NCBI RefSeq assembly: GCF_051860145.1
Contig: NZ_JBHYEM010000002.1
Location: 277,780 to 341,779, forward strand
Reading direction: 5' to 3'
DNA from: Bosea sp. (in: a-proteobacteria)
Lineage (GTDB): Bacteria; Pseudomonadota; Alphaproteobacteria; Rhizobiales; Beijerinckiaceae
Length of the DNA stretch: 64,000 nt
Shown: positions 1 to 9,532 of the stretch, in pieces
How positions within the stretch are numbered: the stretch's first letter is position 1
Layout: every line of letters begins with the position of its first letter
Position numbers and translations under genes: made by a program
The notes under the pieces: generated by a model
What the model saw: the letters and a program-made list of their open reading frames with translations, nothing else
The model's database searches: none
What the model was told of the DNA's origin: nothing

Positions 1-126
1 CGCGGCTTTCGCGCCTATTCGCTGACGCATCGGCTTTGCACGCCCGGCAGCCGGGAGGCGGCGGCAAGGCTGGCGGCCGATGGCGAGCGCCTCGCTCGCG
101 CGCTGGCCGGCCGCTATGGCGGATAG
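1..126 (+). CDS. 3' end of an unidentified CDS truncated by the window edge
   Basis: Frame 1 is open from base 1 to TAG at 124-126 (..RLAADGERLARALAGRYGG*). Too short to assign a family. Confidence 0.3.
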   Translation, partial: RGFRAYSLTHRLCTPGSREAAARLAADGERLARALAGRYGG

Positions 127-215
127 GTCACATCGGGACGAAACTGTGTCTTTCTCAAAACTCTCGCGGTGAAATTAACCTTTCTTAAAGGGCGGGGTAG
201 CAACCGCCCGCCGCC

Positions 216-581
216 ATGCGTATGAATCTGGGGCAGTCGATCGCCCCGGCGCTGGCTCGATTCTGGAGCGCGCGCCGGCACCATGTGACCAAGCCGCAGA
301 GTCCGCATTCCATGTCCATCCGTCCTGACGATCTGCCGCTCGATCCTTCACTGGCCGAAGACAATGGCGATGCCCGCCGTGTCGCCTATGGCTATGTCGA
401 GGACGCTTTCACCGAGGCGCAGCAGGACGGCCTCGACAGCGACGCGCTGGCCCATGCCGCGCTCTTCGCCGCCTTCCGCACCTTGGTCGAGACCTATGGC
501 GAGGAGGCGACCGCCGTCTTTGCCGAGGCCCTGCCCGAGAAGGTGCGCAGCGGCTCCTTTACCAGCGGCACACGGCACTGA
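216..581 (+). CDS. small acidic hypothetical protein (start uncertain; ATG at 312 is an alternative)
   Basis: ORF-track entry 216..581. The part from MSIRPDDLPLDPSLAEDNGD.. has G/C-rich third codon positions and a plausible composition. No recognisable family and no clear SD. Confidence 0.5.
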   Translation: MRMNLGQSIAPALARFWSARRHHVTKPQSPHSMSIRPDDLPLDPSLAEDNGDARRVAYGYVEDAFTEAQQDGLDSDALAHAALFAAFRTLVETYGEEATAVFAEALPEKVRSGSFTSGTRH

Positions 582-594
582 GGCTGCCGCGGCG

Positions 595-1275
595 ATGCCG
601 TTGCATGCGCTCGGTACCGCCTCTCTCCTTCGCCTGACCGGCGCGCTCGCCGGCCTGTGGCTCGCCAGCCCGGTTTCGGTGGCCCCGGCACAGGACGTGC
701 CGCAAGTGCTGGGCTGCGAGGGACCGTTCCGCCGCGACGCCAGCCAGGCCTCCCTCGCCAAGGCCTTCGGCGCGCGCAATCTCTCGACCCGGTCCATCGC
801 GCTCGGCGAGGGCGAGACCGAGACCGGGACGGTGCTCTTCGCCACCGATCCGACGCGTCGCATCGAGATCCTCTGGACCGATCGCAAGAAGCGCAGCCGG
901 CCGCGCCATGTCACCTTCCGCACCGACCCGCTGAAGCCGGCGGCGCGCGACGCCTATCGCTGGCGCATCGCCGTGCCGGGTGGCGCGGCCTCCCTGCGCC
1001 TCGGCCAGCCGCTCGTCGAGGTCGAGGCCGCGAACGGCCGACCCTTCGAGCTCACCGGCTTCGACTGGGATTATTCCGGCACGGTCACCGAGTGGCGCGG
1101 CGGCGTCCTGGAAACGCCGCCCGGCGGCTGCCGCATCCTGGTCCGGCTCGACCCGGAAGTCGAAACCGGCGCGGAACGGCAAGCGCTCGTCGGCGACCAG
1201 GTCTTCGGCTCGGACCTGCCGGCCATGCGCACCGTCCGGCCACGGATCTACGAGATGCGGCTGGACTGGGACTGA
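595..1275 (+). CDS. secreted hypothetical protein
   Basis: ATG at 595 within ORF 364..1275. The N-terminus MPLHALGTASLLRLTGALAGLWLASPVSVAPAQD looks like a Sec signal peptide. No family recognised. Confidence 0.65.
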   Translation: MPLHALGTASLLRLTGALAGLWLASPVSVAPAQDVPQVLGCEGPFRRDASQASLAKAFGARNLSTRSIALGEGETETGTVLFATDPTRRIEILWTDRKKRSRPRHVTFRTDPLKPAARDAYRWRIAVPGGAASLRLGQPLVEVEAANGRPFELTGFDWDYSGTVTEWRGGVLETPPGGCRILVRLDPEVETGAERQALVGDQVFGSDLPAMRTVRPRIYEMRLDWD

Positions 1276-1284
1276 CGGCTGATC

Positions 1285-2568
1285 TTAGCTGGCTTGGGTC
1301 GCCCTCGCCGCTTGCAGCGAGCGCTCGGCCCGGGCCAGGAGCAAGATGCGCTCCTGCACATTCCTGGTCATGGCCGCCGCCCGCTCGAACTCGGCCTGCG
1401 CCTCGCCATGGCGGCCGAGCTTCGACAGGAAATCGCCGCGCACGCTCGGCAGCAGGTGATAGGTCCTGAGCGCGGGCTCCGACACCAACTCGTCGACGAT
1501 GGCGAGGCCGGCGGCCGGCCCCTCCGCCATGCTCACCGCCACGGCGCGGTTGAGCTCGACCACGGGCGACGGCGTGAGCGTGCCCAGCACACCGTAAAGT
1601 GCGGCGATCCGGCCCCAATCTGTCTCCTCCCCCGTCCGCGCCCTGGCATGGCAGGCCGCGAGCTCGGCCTGCAGGACATAGCGGCCCGGCGCGCCTCCGA
1701 GCGCCCGCGCCCGTTCGATCGCCCGGAGGCCGCGGCCGATCAGCAGATGGTCCCAGCGGGCGCGGTTCTGGTCGAGCAGCAGCACCGGTTCACCGGACGG
1801 CCCGACGCGCGCCCGCAGCCGCGAGGCCTGGATCTCCATCAGCGCCACGAGCCCATGCACCTCTGGCTCCTGCGGCGCGAGCTCGGCCAGGATGCGCCCG
1901 AGCCGCAGCGCCTCGTCGCACAGGCCGGGGCGCACCCAGTCCTCGCCCGCGGTCGCAGCATAGCCTTCGTTGAAGATGAGATAGACGACCTCCAGCACCG
2001 ATTCGAGGCGCGCCGCCAGCTCGGCGCCATGCGGCACCTCGAACGGCACCTTCGCCTCGGCCAGGGTCTTCTTCGCCCTGACGATGCGCTGCGCCATGGT
2101 CGGTTCCGGGACGAGGAAGGCGCGCGCGATCTCCTCGGTGGTCAGGCCGCCGAGCAGCCTGAGCGTCAGCGCCAGCCGCGCCTCGGTCGGCAGCACCGGA
2201 TGGCAGGCGGTGAAGAGCAGGCGCAGGAGGTCGTCGCCGAGCTCGTCGTCGAGCGCCTCCTCGATCTGGCTCGTCGGATCGGCGTCCTCATCGAGGTCGC
2301 GGCCGATCTCGTCATGCTTGCGCTTCAGCATCTTGGCGCGCCTGAGGTCGTCGAGTGCGCGGTGCTTGGCGACCTGCATCAGCCAGGCGCCAGGATTGCG
2401 CGGCACGCCCTCGTCCGGCCATTGCTGGAGCGCGGCGACGAGCGCGTCCTGCGCCAGCTCCTCGGCCCGGCCGACATCACGCGTGACGCGGGCGAGGCCC
2501 GCGATCAGTTTCGGGGCCTCGATCCGCCAGACCGTCTCGATGGTGCGGTGTGCATCGCTTGCCGACAT
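1285..2568 (-). CDS. ECF-type RNA polymerase sigma factor with long C-terminal TPR-like extension (ECF42-like)
   Basis: 427 aa. Sigma region 2 (GAWLMQVAKHRALDDLRR) and region 4 (GLTTEEIARAFLVPEPTMAQRIVRAKKTL) are followed by about 230 extra residues. It sits next to YCII/DGPF genes, as is typical for this ECF group. Confidence 0.85.
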   Translation of the reverse strand: MSASDAHRTIETVWRIEAPKLIAGLARVTRDVGRAEELAQDALVAALQQWPDEGVPRNPGAWLMQVAKHRALDDLRRAKMLKRKHDEIGRDLDEDADPTSQIEEALDDELGDDLLRLLFTACHPVLPTEARLALTLRLLGGLTTEEIARAFLVPEPTMAQRIVRAKKTLAEAKVPFEVPHGAELAARLESVLEVVYLIFNEGYAATAGEDWVRPGLCDEALRLGRILAELAPQEPEVHGLVALMEIQASRLRARVGPSGEPVLLLDQNRARWDHLLIGRGLRAIERARALGGAPGRYVLQAELAACHARARTGEETDWGRIAALYGVLGTLTPSPVVELNRAVAVSMAEGPAAGLAIVDELVSEPALRTYHLLPSVRGDFLSKLGRHGEAQAEFERAAAMTRNVQERILLLARAERSLQAARATQAS

Positions 2569-2633
2569 CGGCTGCGATACACACCATCAGCGGCCTCCCT
2601 GGCAAGCGGCGTCAGCCGCCCGCAGGTAATGGT

Positions 2634-3059
2634 TCAGTTCTTGTCGCCGATCTCTGTCTTGAGGCGATCCCACTGCGCCGCGGTCTCCGGGGTCACGACC
2701 TCGCCGAAATCGGCCAGGTCATAGAACGGGCGGATCTCGATCTCGGACGGACCGGGCATCGGATTCGGGCAGCGCTTGACCCATGCGATCGCCTCGTCGA
2801 GCGACTTGCACTCCCAGAGCCAATAGCCAGCGACCAGTTCCTTGGTCTCGGCGAAGGGCCCGTCGACGACGGCCCGCTTGGCGCCGTCGAACTGCACGCG
2901 CACGCCCTTCGAGCTCGGCTGCAGGCCGTCGCCGCCCTTCATGATGCCGGCTTTCACCAGCTCCTCGTTATAGGCCATCATCGCGTCGAGCAGCTCCTGG
3001 GTCGGCATCACGCCGGCTTCGCTGTCCTTGGTCGCCTTGACCATCACCATGAATCGCAT
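2634..3059 (-). CDS. YCII-related (DGPF-motif) domain protein
   Basis: 141 aa: MRFMVMVKATKDSEAGVMP...VVDGPFAETKELVAGYWLWECKSLDEAIAWVKRCP, the characteristic YCII/DGPF pattern. Confidence 0.85.
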   Translation of the reverse strand: MRFMVMVKATKDSEAGVMPTQELLDAMMAYNEELVKAGIMKGGDGLQPSSKGVRVQFDGAKRAVVDGPFAETKELVAGYWLWECKSLDEAIAWVKRCPNPMPGPSEIEIRPFYDLADFGEVVTPETAAQWDRLKTEIGDKN

Positions 3060-3141
3060 CGGTCTTCTCCTTTTGGGGCGGAAGCTCTGGAGGCGATGCC
3101 TCGCAGCTTCCAGGTTGAATGGATTTTGGAACGTCGCCGGC

Positions 3142-3564
3142 TCAGCCGGCGCGCTTCGTCGTCTCGGTGCGCAAGCGCTCTTCCTGCTCGCGCAGCTCGG
3201 GCGTCAGCGCCTCACCGAAATCCTCCATCTCGAAGATCGGGCGCAGCTCGATCTCGGTGCCGTCGTCGAAGGGCGCGCGCTTCAGCCACGCGACCGCCTC
3301 GTCGAAGGAGCGGACCTGCCAGATCCAGAAGCCGCACAGCAGCTCCTTGGTCTCGGCAAAGGGGCCATCGATGACCGTCCGCTCCGCGCCAGAGAAGCGC
3401 ATGCGCAGGCCTTTCGAGCTCGGGTGCAACCCATCGCCCGCCAGCATCACGCCGGCCTTCACCAGCTCCTCGTTATAGGCGCCCATCTGGGTGAGGGCGC
3501 CCTCGCTCGGCATCACGCCGGCTTCGGTGTCTGCACTGGCCTTGACCAGAACCATCACGCGCAT
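3142..3564 (-). CDS. YCII-related (DGPF-motif) domain protein, paralog of 2634-3059
   Basis: 140 aa: MRVMVLVKASADTEAGVMP...VIDGPFAETKELLCGFWIWQVRSFDEAVAWLKRAP. Clearly similar to the neighbouring gene. Confidence 0.85.
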   Translation of the reverse strand: MRVMVLVKASADTEAGVMPSEGALTQMGAYNEELVKAGVMLAGDGLHPSSKGLRMRFSGAERTVIDGPFAETKELLCGFWIWQVRSFDEAVAWLKRAPFDDGTEIELRPIFEMEDFGEALTPELREQEERLRTETTKRAG

Positions 3565-3674
3565 CGGTCTTCTCCTGTCCTTGAGGTTCGTTTCGCTACG
3601 GGGCGGGAGAATTTCCGCCCTCTGTCTTCACGTCGAACGAGGCAGGCCCCGATCGACAGGCTCGCGATAATTTT

Positions 3675-4337
3675 TCAGCCCTCGGCCGCAAATTTCTCGC
3701 GGCGCGCGATCTCGGCTGCGCTCGGCTCCTCCTGCGCGAAGGAGCCGGTCCTGATCTCGCCCTCGCGGCGATAGCGGCTCATCACCACGCCGGTCGACGA
3801 GGCCTTGCTGTCGACGAGCTTCAGCGCCGCCGGCATTGCGCCCTCCCCGAACATGCGCTTGCCCTTGCCCAGGACGAGCGGGAAGACGAGCAGGTCGATC
3901 TCGTCGATCAGGTCGTGCTTCAGCAGCGTCTGGATCAGCACGCTGCTGCCCTGGATCAGGAGCTTCGGCCCGTCCTGCTTCTTCAGCCTGGCGACATCGG
4001 CAGCGACGTCATGCAGGGCGACCGAGTTCTGCCAGGTCAGCGGCGCATCCGACGAGGTCGCGACATATTTCGTCGTGGCGTTGAACGCCTTGGCGATCGG
4101 GTCCTCATCGCCGTAATACGGCCAATGGGCGGCGAAGATCTCGTACGTCCTGCGCCCAAGCAGCAGGTCGAAGGGCTCATCGAAGAGCTTGCCCATGAGC
4201 CCGCCCATCGCCTCGTCCCAATAGTGGAAGGTCCAGCCGCCATGGCTGAACCCGCCCTGCCTGTCCTCTTCCGGCCCACCCGGAGCCTGCATCACGCCGT
4301 CGAGCGACAGGAAGGTTGCGGCAACGATCTTTCTCAT
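3675..4337 (-). CDS. dihydrofolate-reductase-family protein (RibD C-terminal domain type)
   Basis: 220 aa: MRKIVAATFLSLDGVMQAPGGPEEDRQGGFSHGGW...LLLGRRTYEIFAAHWP, typical of the RibD_C/YwjB-like family. Confidence 0.8.
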   Translation of the reverse strand: MRKIVAATFLSLDGVMQAPGGPEEDRQGGFSHGGWTFHYWDEAMGGLMGKLFDEPFDLLLGRRTYEIFAAHWPYYGDEDPIAKAFNATTKYVATSSDAPLTWQNSVALHDVAADVARLKKQDGPKLLIQGSSVLIQTLLKHDLIDEIDLLVFPLVLGKGKRMFGEGAMPAALKLVDSKASSTGVVMSRYRREGEIRTGSFAQEEPSAAEIARREKFAAEG

Positions 4338-4489
4338 CTCGTCTCTCCCAGATGCGAGCCGCAGCGCGACCCGTGGTGCGAAAAGAGCTCCGGCAGCTGC
4401 GGGCGAACCCGCTCATGCTGCTGCTCCTTGCCGACACGTCGAACGGCAAAACGCGAAATCGACAGCGCGCGAGAAAAAGATTCGGCCCC

Positions 4490-5908
4490 TCAGCCGACGC
4501 GGCATATGCGCCACGCCGCGATGATCGCCTCGGCCGATTGCGCCACATCCTCGGCTTCCGTCGGCCAGGAGATCACGGAGAGCCGCATGATCCAGCGGTC
4601 GCGCCATTTCGCGCCGCCGGCGAAGCAGACCCCGTCGGCCTGCACCCGCGCGATCACGGCCAGAGTCAGCCTGTCGCCCTCCTCCGGCGGACGGTCCGCC
4701 CCGAAGCGCACGACGACCTGGTTGAGATCGACTGCATTGACGATCGCGATCCCCGGCTCGGCCCGCAGCAGGTCGGCCATCTGGCAGGCCAGGCGGCAAT
4801 GGCGCTCGACCATCCCGGCGATGCCGCTGCGCCCGAGATGCCGGATCATCGCGAAGGTCGCGAAGCCGCGCGCCCGCCGCGACAGCTCCGGCACGAAATG
4901 CGACGGATCGCGCTCGCCCTCCGCGACCTCGGGCAGATAGCTCGCCAGAGCCGTCATCGCGCGTCGATGGGCATGGCTGTCGCGGATGATCGCGAAGCCG
5001 CAATCATAGGGGGTCTGCAGCCATTTATGGCCGTCGGTCGCCCAGGAATCGGCACCCTCCGCACCCGTTGCGAGATGCGCCCTGTCGCGGCTGGCGCGCG
5101 CCCACAGGCCGAAGGCGCCGTCGACATGCACCCAGGCAGCCTTGCGACGCGCGATCGCGATCGCTTCGCGGAAGGGATCGAAGGCGCCGGTGTTGATCTG
5201 GCCGGCCTGGAGGGCGACGATGACGGGCTCCGGACTGGCCTCGATCGCCTGCGCGAGCGCCTCGGGCCTCACCCTGCCCTCGCTGTCGGTCGCGATGCGC
5301 CTGACGCGATCATGGCCCAGGCCGAGCAATTGCAGCGCCGAAAACACCGTCGTATGCGCATCATTGCCGATCAGCACCGTGATCTCCGGTGCGCCGAACA
5401 GCCCATTGGCCTCGACATCCCAGCCGGCGCGCCGCAGCACCTCTCCCCGCGCTGCCGCGAGGCAGACGAGATTGGCGACCGTCGCGCCCGTGACGAAGCC
5501 GACCGACGCCTCCTCGGGAAGCGCCAGCAGATCGAGCAGCCATGCAGCCGTGACCGCCTCGACGGCGGCGCCGGCCGGCGCGGCCTGATGGTTCCCGCAG
5601 TTCTGCCCCCAGGCGCTGGTCAGCCAGTCCGCTGCGACGCCGACCGGATGCGACGCGCCGATGACCCAACCGAAGAACCGGGCGCCGGCCATGGCGTGCA
5701 GGCCCGGTTCCATGTCGCTTGCGAGTTCCGCGATGACGCGCTCCGCCGCCGTCCCGCTCTCCGGCGTCGGCCCGGCGAGCCGGGCCAGCATCGCGGCATA
5801 GCCTTGCTCAGGCCGTTGCAGACGGCCGGACAACCCTCGACGGAAGGCCGTGGCGCGGGCGGCGGCGTCCTGAAACAGCGCGGCCGGATCGAAATGCGGG
5901 TTCGACAT
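4490..5908 (-). CDS. pyridoxal-phosphate-dependent (group II) amino-acid decarboxylase family protein
   Basis: 472 aa with a ...VDGAFGLWA...SWATDGHKWLQTPYDCG... PLP-lysine region (DGHKW) typical of group II decarboxylases. Substrate unknown. Confidence 0.8.
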   Translation of the reverse strand: MSNPHFDPAALFQDAAARATAFRRGLSGRLQRPEQGYAAMLARLAGPTPESGTAAERVIAELASDMEPGLHAMAGARFFGWVIGASHPVGVAADWLTSAWGQNCGNHQAAPAGAAVEAVTAAWLLDLLALPEEASVGFVTGATVANLVCLAAARGEVLRRAGWDVEANGLFGAPEITVLIGNDAHTTVFSALQLLGLGHDRVRRIATDSEGRVRPEALAQAIEASPEPVIVALQAGQINTGAFDPFREAIAIARRKAAWVHVDGAFGLWARASRDRAHLATGAEGADSWATDGHKWLQTPYDCGFAIIRDSHAHRRAMTALASYLPEVAEGERDPSHFVPELSRRARGFATFAMIRHLGRSGIAGMVERHCRLACQMADLLRAEPGIAIVNAVDLNQVVVRFGADRPPEEGDRLTLAVIARVQADGVCFAGGAKWRDRWIMRLSVISWPTEAEDVAQSAEAIIAAWRICRVG

Positions 5909-5967
5909 GACACCTCCTGCTCGAAGCGCGCCTGCGTCGCTTCATAATGGCAGGAAGCGCCGGCTTG

Positions 5968-7305
5968 TCAGCCGCGCGGCAGCGCCTCCAGGAAGCGCGC
6001 CGGCTCGCCCTGGGACGGAGTGACCAACTCGCGCTCCCACATCACCTTGCGGCCGCGGACATAGGTGCCGACCGGCCAGCCGGTGACGGTAACGCCGTCA
6101 TAGGGCGTCCAGCCGCATTTCGAGGCGATCCAGTCGTTGGTGATCGTCTCGCGCCGCTTCAGGTCGACGATGGTCAGGTCGGCGTCGTAGCCGGCGGCGA
6201 TCCGGCCCTTGCCCTCGAGCCCGAAGATGCGCTGGGGGCCGGCGCTGCTCAGATCGACGAAACGCTCCAGCGAGAGCCGCCCCGCATTGACGTGGTCGAG
6301 CATGATCGGCACCAGCGTCTGCACGCCCGGCATGCCGGAATGGCTCGCCGGATAGGCATGATGCTTCTCCTCATGCATATGCGGCGCATGATCGGAGCCG
6401 AGCACGTCGACAATGCCCTGCTCCAGCCCCCACCAGATTCGCCGGCGATGGCTCTCGTCGCGGATCGGCGGGTTCATCTGGGCATAGGTGCCGAGCCGTT
6501 CGTAGCAATCCGGCGCGACCAGCGTCAGGTGGTTCGGCAGCACCTCGACGGTCGCGACATCCTTGTGGTCCTTCAGGAAGACCATCTCCTCGCCGGTCGA
6601 GATATGCAGGATATGGACGCGCGCCCCTAGCTCGCGCGCGATGCGCACCAGCCGCTTCGTGCAGGTCAGCGCCACCTCCGGCGAGCGCCAGACCGGATGG
6701 CTCGACGGGTCGCCCTCGACGCGCAAGTTCATGCGCTCGCGCAGCATCGTCTCGTCCTCGGAATGGAAGGCGGCGCGCCGGCGCGTGCGCTTCAGGATCT
6801 CGGCAACGCCGGCATCGTCCTCGACCAGCAAATCGCCGGTCGAGGAGCCCATGAACACCTTGATCCCGGCTGCGCCCGGCAGGCGCTCCAGCTCGGCGAC
6901 GTCCTTGGCGTTCTCATGCGTGCCGCCGACCCAGAAGGCGAAATCGCAATGCATGCGATGCCGGCCGCGCCTGATCTTGTCGGCGAGCGCCTCGGGCGTC
7001 GTGGTTTGCGGGATCGTGTTCGGCATCTCGAAGACGCAGGTCACCCCGCCGAGCGCGGCCGCGCGCGAGCCGGCCTCCAGATCCTCCTTGTGGTCGAGCC
7101 CCGGCTCGCGGAAATGCACCTGCGAATCGATCACGCCGGGCAGGATGTGCAGGCCGCGGCAATCGACGGTCTCGCCGGCCGAGGCCTGCGAGAGATCGCC
7201 CAGCGCCACGATCTTGCCGCCGCTGATACCGAGGTCGCGCTCGCCGCGCCCGTCATGGTTCACGACGGTGCCGCCCTTCAGAATGACATCGTAGCTCTGC
7301 GGCAT
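5968..7305 (-). CDS. pyrC: dihydroorotase (cyclic amidohydrolase family)
   Basis: 445 aa: ...LPGVIDSQVHFREPGLDHKEDLEAGSRAAALGGVTCVFEMPNT.., with the metal-binding HxH-type motif and overall dihydroorotase/allantoinase architecture. Confidence 0.8.
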   Translation of the reverse strand: MPQSYDVILKGGTVVNHDGRGERDLGISGGKIVALGDLSQASAGETVDCRGLHILPGVIDSQVHFREPGLDHKEDLEAGSRAAALGGVTCVFEMPNTIPQTTTPEALADKIRRGRHRMHCDFAFWVGGTHENAKDVAELERLPGAAGIKVFMGSSTGDLLVEDDAGVAEILKRTRRRAAFHSEDETMLRERMNLRVEGDPSSHPVWRSPEVALTCTKRLVRIARELGARVHILHISTGEEMVFLKDHKDVATVEVLPNHLTLVAPDCYERLGTYAQMNPPIRDESHRRRIWWGLEQGIVDVLGSDHAPHMHEEKHHAYPASHSGMPGVQTLVPIMLDHVNAGRLSLERFVDLSSAGPQRIFGLEGKGRIAAGYDADLTIVDLKRRETITNDWIASKCGWTPYDGVTVTGWPVGTYVRGRKVMWERELVTPSQGEPARFLEALPRG

Positions 7306-7422
7306 CGTCGGTCTCCGGGAGTTGAGCAGTGGGTCAAGGCCGCCTAACTATCGGCCACGATCCCGTTTGCAAAACGCAAACCGTCATGCCCCGCCATGAC
7401 ATGGAGCGGAAGAGAGGACGCC

Positions 7423-8307
7423 ATGCCTGCAACCCGACTGGTCGATCGCGGCGTCATCCGCGTCAGCGGCGAGGACGCGCGCGACTTCCTGCAGAACATC
7501 GTCACCAACGAGATGGACGCGGTGACGCCGAGCCATGCCGGCTATGGCGCGCTCCTGACACCGCAGGGCAAGATCATCAGCGATTTTCTGGTAGCCGCCG
7601 TGCCGGAGGAGGAGCGTGGCGGCTTTCTCCTCGACGTGCCGCTCCTGCAGGTTCCCGATCTGATGAAACGGCTGAAGCTCTACAAGCTGCGCGCCAGGGT
7701 CGCGCTCGACGATCTCAGTGAGGTGGCCGCCGTCATCGCCTCATCCGGCGGTTTCTCGCTGCCGGACGAAGCCGGCCTCGTCTATGCCGACCCGCGCCTG
7801 CCGGCACTCGGCGAGCGCGCGGTCACCGACCGGGCCGATGTCGATTCCGTCGTGAGCGCCGAGCCCGACGCCTATCACGCCAGGCGCATCGCGCTCGGCA
7901 TCCCCGATGGCGGCAAGGATTTCGCCTATGGCGACGCCTTCCCGCATGAGGCGCTGCTCGACCAGCTCGGCGGCGTCTCCTTCAAGAAGGGCTGCTATAT
8001 CGGCCAGGAGGTCGTCTCGCGCATGCAGCATCGCGGCACCGCCCGCACCCGCGTCGTGCCCGTCGTCTTCAGCGAAGGCCTGATCCCCGAGATGGGCGTC
8101 GAGGCGACCGCCGGCGGCAAGGCGCTCGGCCGGATCGGCTCCTGCGCCAAGGGCCGCGGCCTCGCCTTGCTGCGGCTCGACCGCGTCGCCGATGCGCTGG
8201 CGGCCGGGCAGACGCTCGAAGGCGGCGGCCTCGCCTTCACCCTGGAGAAGCCGGGTTTTGTGCGCTTCCCCTTCCCCGGCGAGCCCGGTTTCGGAGCAGC
8301 CTCATGA
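7423..8307 (+). CDS. ygfZ: folate-binding Fe-S cluster repair / tRNA-modification protein YgfZ
   Basis: ATG at 7423 preceded by GGAGCGGAAGAGAGGA. Sequence ..VIRVSGEDARDFLQNIVTNEM...KGCYIGQEVVSRMQHRG, the conserved YgfZ KGCYxGQE motif. Confidence 0.8.
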   Translation: MPATRLVDRGVIRVSGEDARDFLQNIVTNEMDAVTPSHAGYGALLTPQGKIISDFLVAAVPEEERGGFLLDVPLLQVPDLMKRLKLYKLRARVALDDLSEVAAVIASSGGFSLPDEAGLVYADPRLPALGERAVTDRADVDSVVSAEPDAYHARRIALGIPDGGKDFAYGDAFPHEALLDQLGGVSFKKGCYIGQEVVSRMQHRGTARTRVVPVVFSEGLIPEMGVEATAGGKALGRIGSCAKGRGLALLRLDRVADALAAGQTLEGGGLAFTLEKPGFVRFPFPGEPGFGAAS

Positions 8308-8927
8308 GCGGGCGCGCCGCAGTCGAGGGACCGGACGGCAAGTTCCGCTGCGTCTGGCCGGGCACCGACCCGCTCTATCTCGCCTATCACGACACCGAAT
8401 GGGGCGTGCCGGAATATGATTCGCGCGCGCTGTTCGAGAAGCTGCTGCTCGACGGCTTCCAGGCCGGGCTCTCCTGGATCACGATCCTGCGCAAGCGCGA
8501 CGCCTTCCGCGCCGCCTTCGCCGGTTTCGAGCCGGAGAAGGTCGCCCGCTTCACCGAGGCCGATGTCGAGCGCCTGCTCGGCGACGCCGGCATCATCCGC
8601 CATCGCGGCAAGATCGAAGGCGCCATCAAGAGCGCGCAGGCCTATCTCGCGATCAGCGAGCGCGAGCCCTTCGCCGATTTTCTTTTCAAGCATTTCGACG
8701 GCCGCATCGTTCAGAACGCCTTCCGCACCCATGAGGAGGTGCCGACCGAAACCGCCGTCTCCAAGGCGATGTCGAAGGACCTGAAGGCGGCCGGCTTCAC
8801 CTTTTGCGGCCCGACCATCGTCTACGCCTTCATGGAGGCCTGTGGGCTGGTCAACGATCACCTGACCGACTGCTTCCGCTGGCAGGAATGCGCCGCGCTG
8901 ACGCGCGATCCGCGTCTCCCGGCCTGA
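8304..8927 (+). CDS. tag: DNA-3-methyladenine glycosylase I
   Basis: 207 aa: ..YHDTEWGVPEYDSRALFEKLLLDGFQAGLSWITILRKR.. The start overlaps the ygfZ stop by 4 nt (ATGA). Confidence 0.9.
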   Translation: MSGRAAVEGPDGKFRCVWPGTDPLYLAYHDTEWGVPEYDSRALFEKLLLDGFQAGLSWITILRKRDAFRAAFAGFEPEKVARFTEADVERLLGDAGIIRHRGKIEGAIKSAQAYLAISEREPFADFLFKHFDGRIVQNAFRTHEEVPTETAVSKAMSKDLKAAGFTFCGPTIVYAFMEACGLVNDHLTDCFRWQECAALTRDPRLPA

Positions 8928-8929
8928 CC

Positions 8930-9529
8930 ATGGCCAAGCCCCCCCTCGCCCCTCGCGCCTGGCAGCGCATGCTGTCCGGGCGCCGGCTCGATCTGCTCGA
9001 TCCCTCGCCGCTCGACATCGAGATCGAGGACATCGCCCATGGCCTCGCCCGCGTCGCGCGCTGGAACGGCCAGACGCGAGGTGAGCATTCCTTCTCGGTG
9101 GCGCAGCACTGCCTGCTGGTCGAGGCGATCGCGGGCCATCTCAACCCGGACTGGTCGAAGCCGTGGCGGTTGATGGCGCTGCTGCACGACGCCCCGGAAT
9201 ACGTCATCGGCGACATGATCTCGCCCTTCAAGGTGGTGATGGGCGATGCCTACAAGAGCGTTGAGCTCAGGCTCCTCACCGCGATCCATCTGCGCTTCGG
9301 CCTGCCGGCAACGACGCCGGCCGTGCTCGCGCGCAAGACCAAGGAGGCCGACAAGGTCGCGGCCTTTTTCGAGGCGACCGAGCTCGCCGGCTTCGTCCGC
9401 GAGGAAGCGCTGATCTTCTTCGGGCGCCCGAAGCCGCTGCCGCGCGCGGTCATGGACTGGCTGAAGCCGCTCTCGACCGAAGCCGCGCAGGCGCGGTTCC
9501 TTGAGCGGTTCCAGGTGTTGGCGGCTTAG
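8930..9529 (+). CDS. HD-domain phosphohydrolase
   Basis: ATG at 8930, 2 nt after the tag stop. ..IAHGLARVARWNGQT..FSVAQHCLLV...ALLHDAPEYVIGDMISPFK shows the H..HD..D pattern. Confidence 0.7.
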   Translation: MAKPPLAPRAWQRMLSGRRLDLLDPSPLDIEIEDIAHGLARVARWNGQTRGEHSFSVAQHCLLVEAIAGHLNPDWSKPWRLMALLHDAPEYVIGDMISPFKVVMGDAYKSVELRLLTAIHLRFGLPATTPAVLARKTKEADKVAAFFEATELAGFVREEALIFFGRPKPLPRAVMDWLKPLSTEAAQARFLERFQVLAA

Positions 9530-9532
9530 CGC

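Noticed and set aside
175-188. CtrA-box-like TTAA...TTAA upstream of the first small ORF.
   Set aside because: The spacing is N6 (TTAA-CCTTTC-TTAA), not the N7 required.
1294-2724. Long ORFs antisense to recognisable genes. Examples: 1294..2724(+), 14448..16373(+), 15307..16839(-), 18298..20142(-), 28109..29191(+), 31225..33072(+), 53586..55814(-), 60481..62751(+) and 62836..63708(-).
   Set aside because: Each fully overlaps a gene with clear family motifs on the other strand. Their products are Arg/Ala/Gly/Pro-rich low-complexity strings typical of stop-codon-poor frames in high-G+C DNA.
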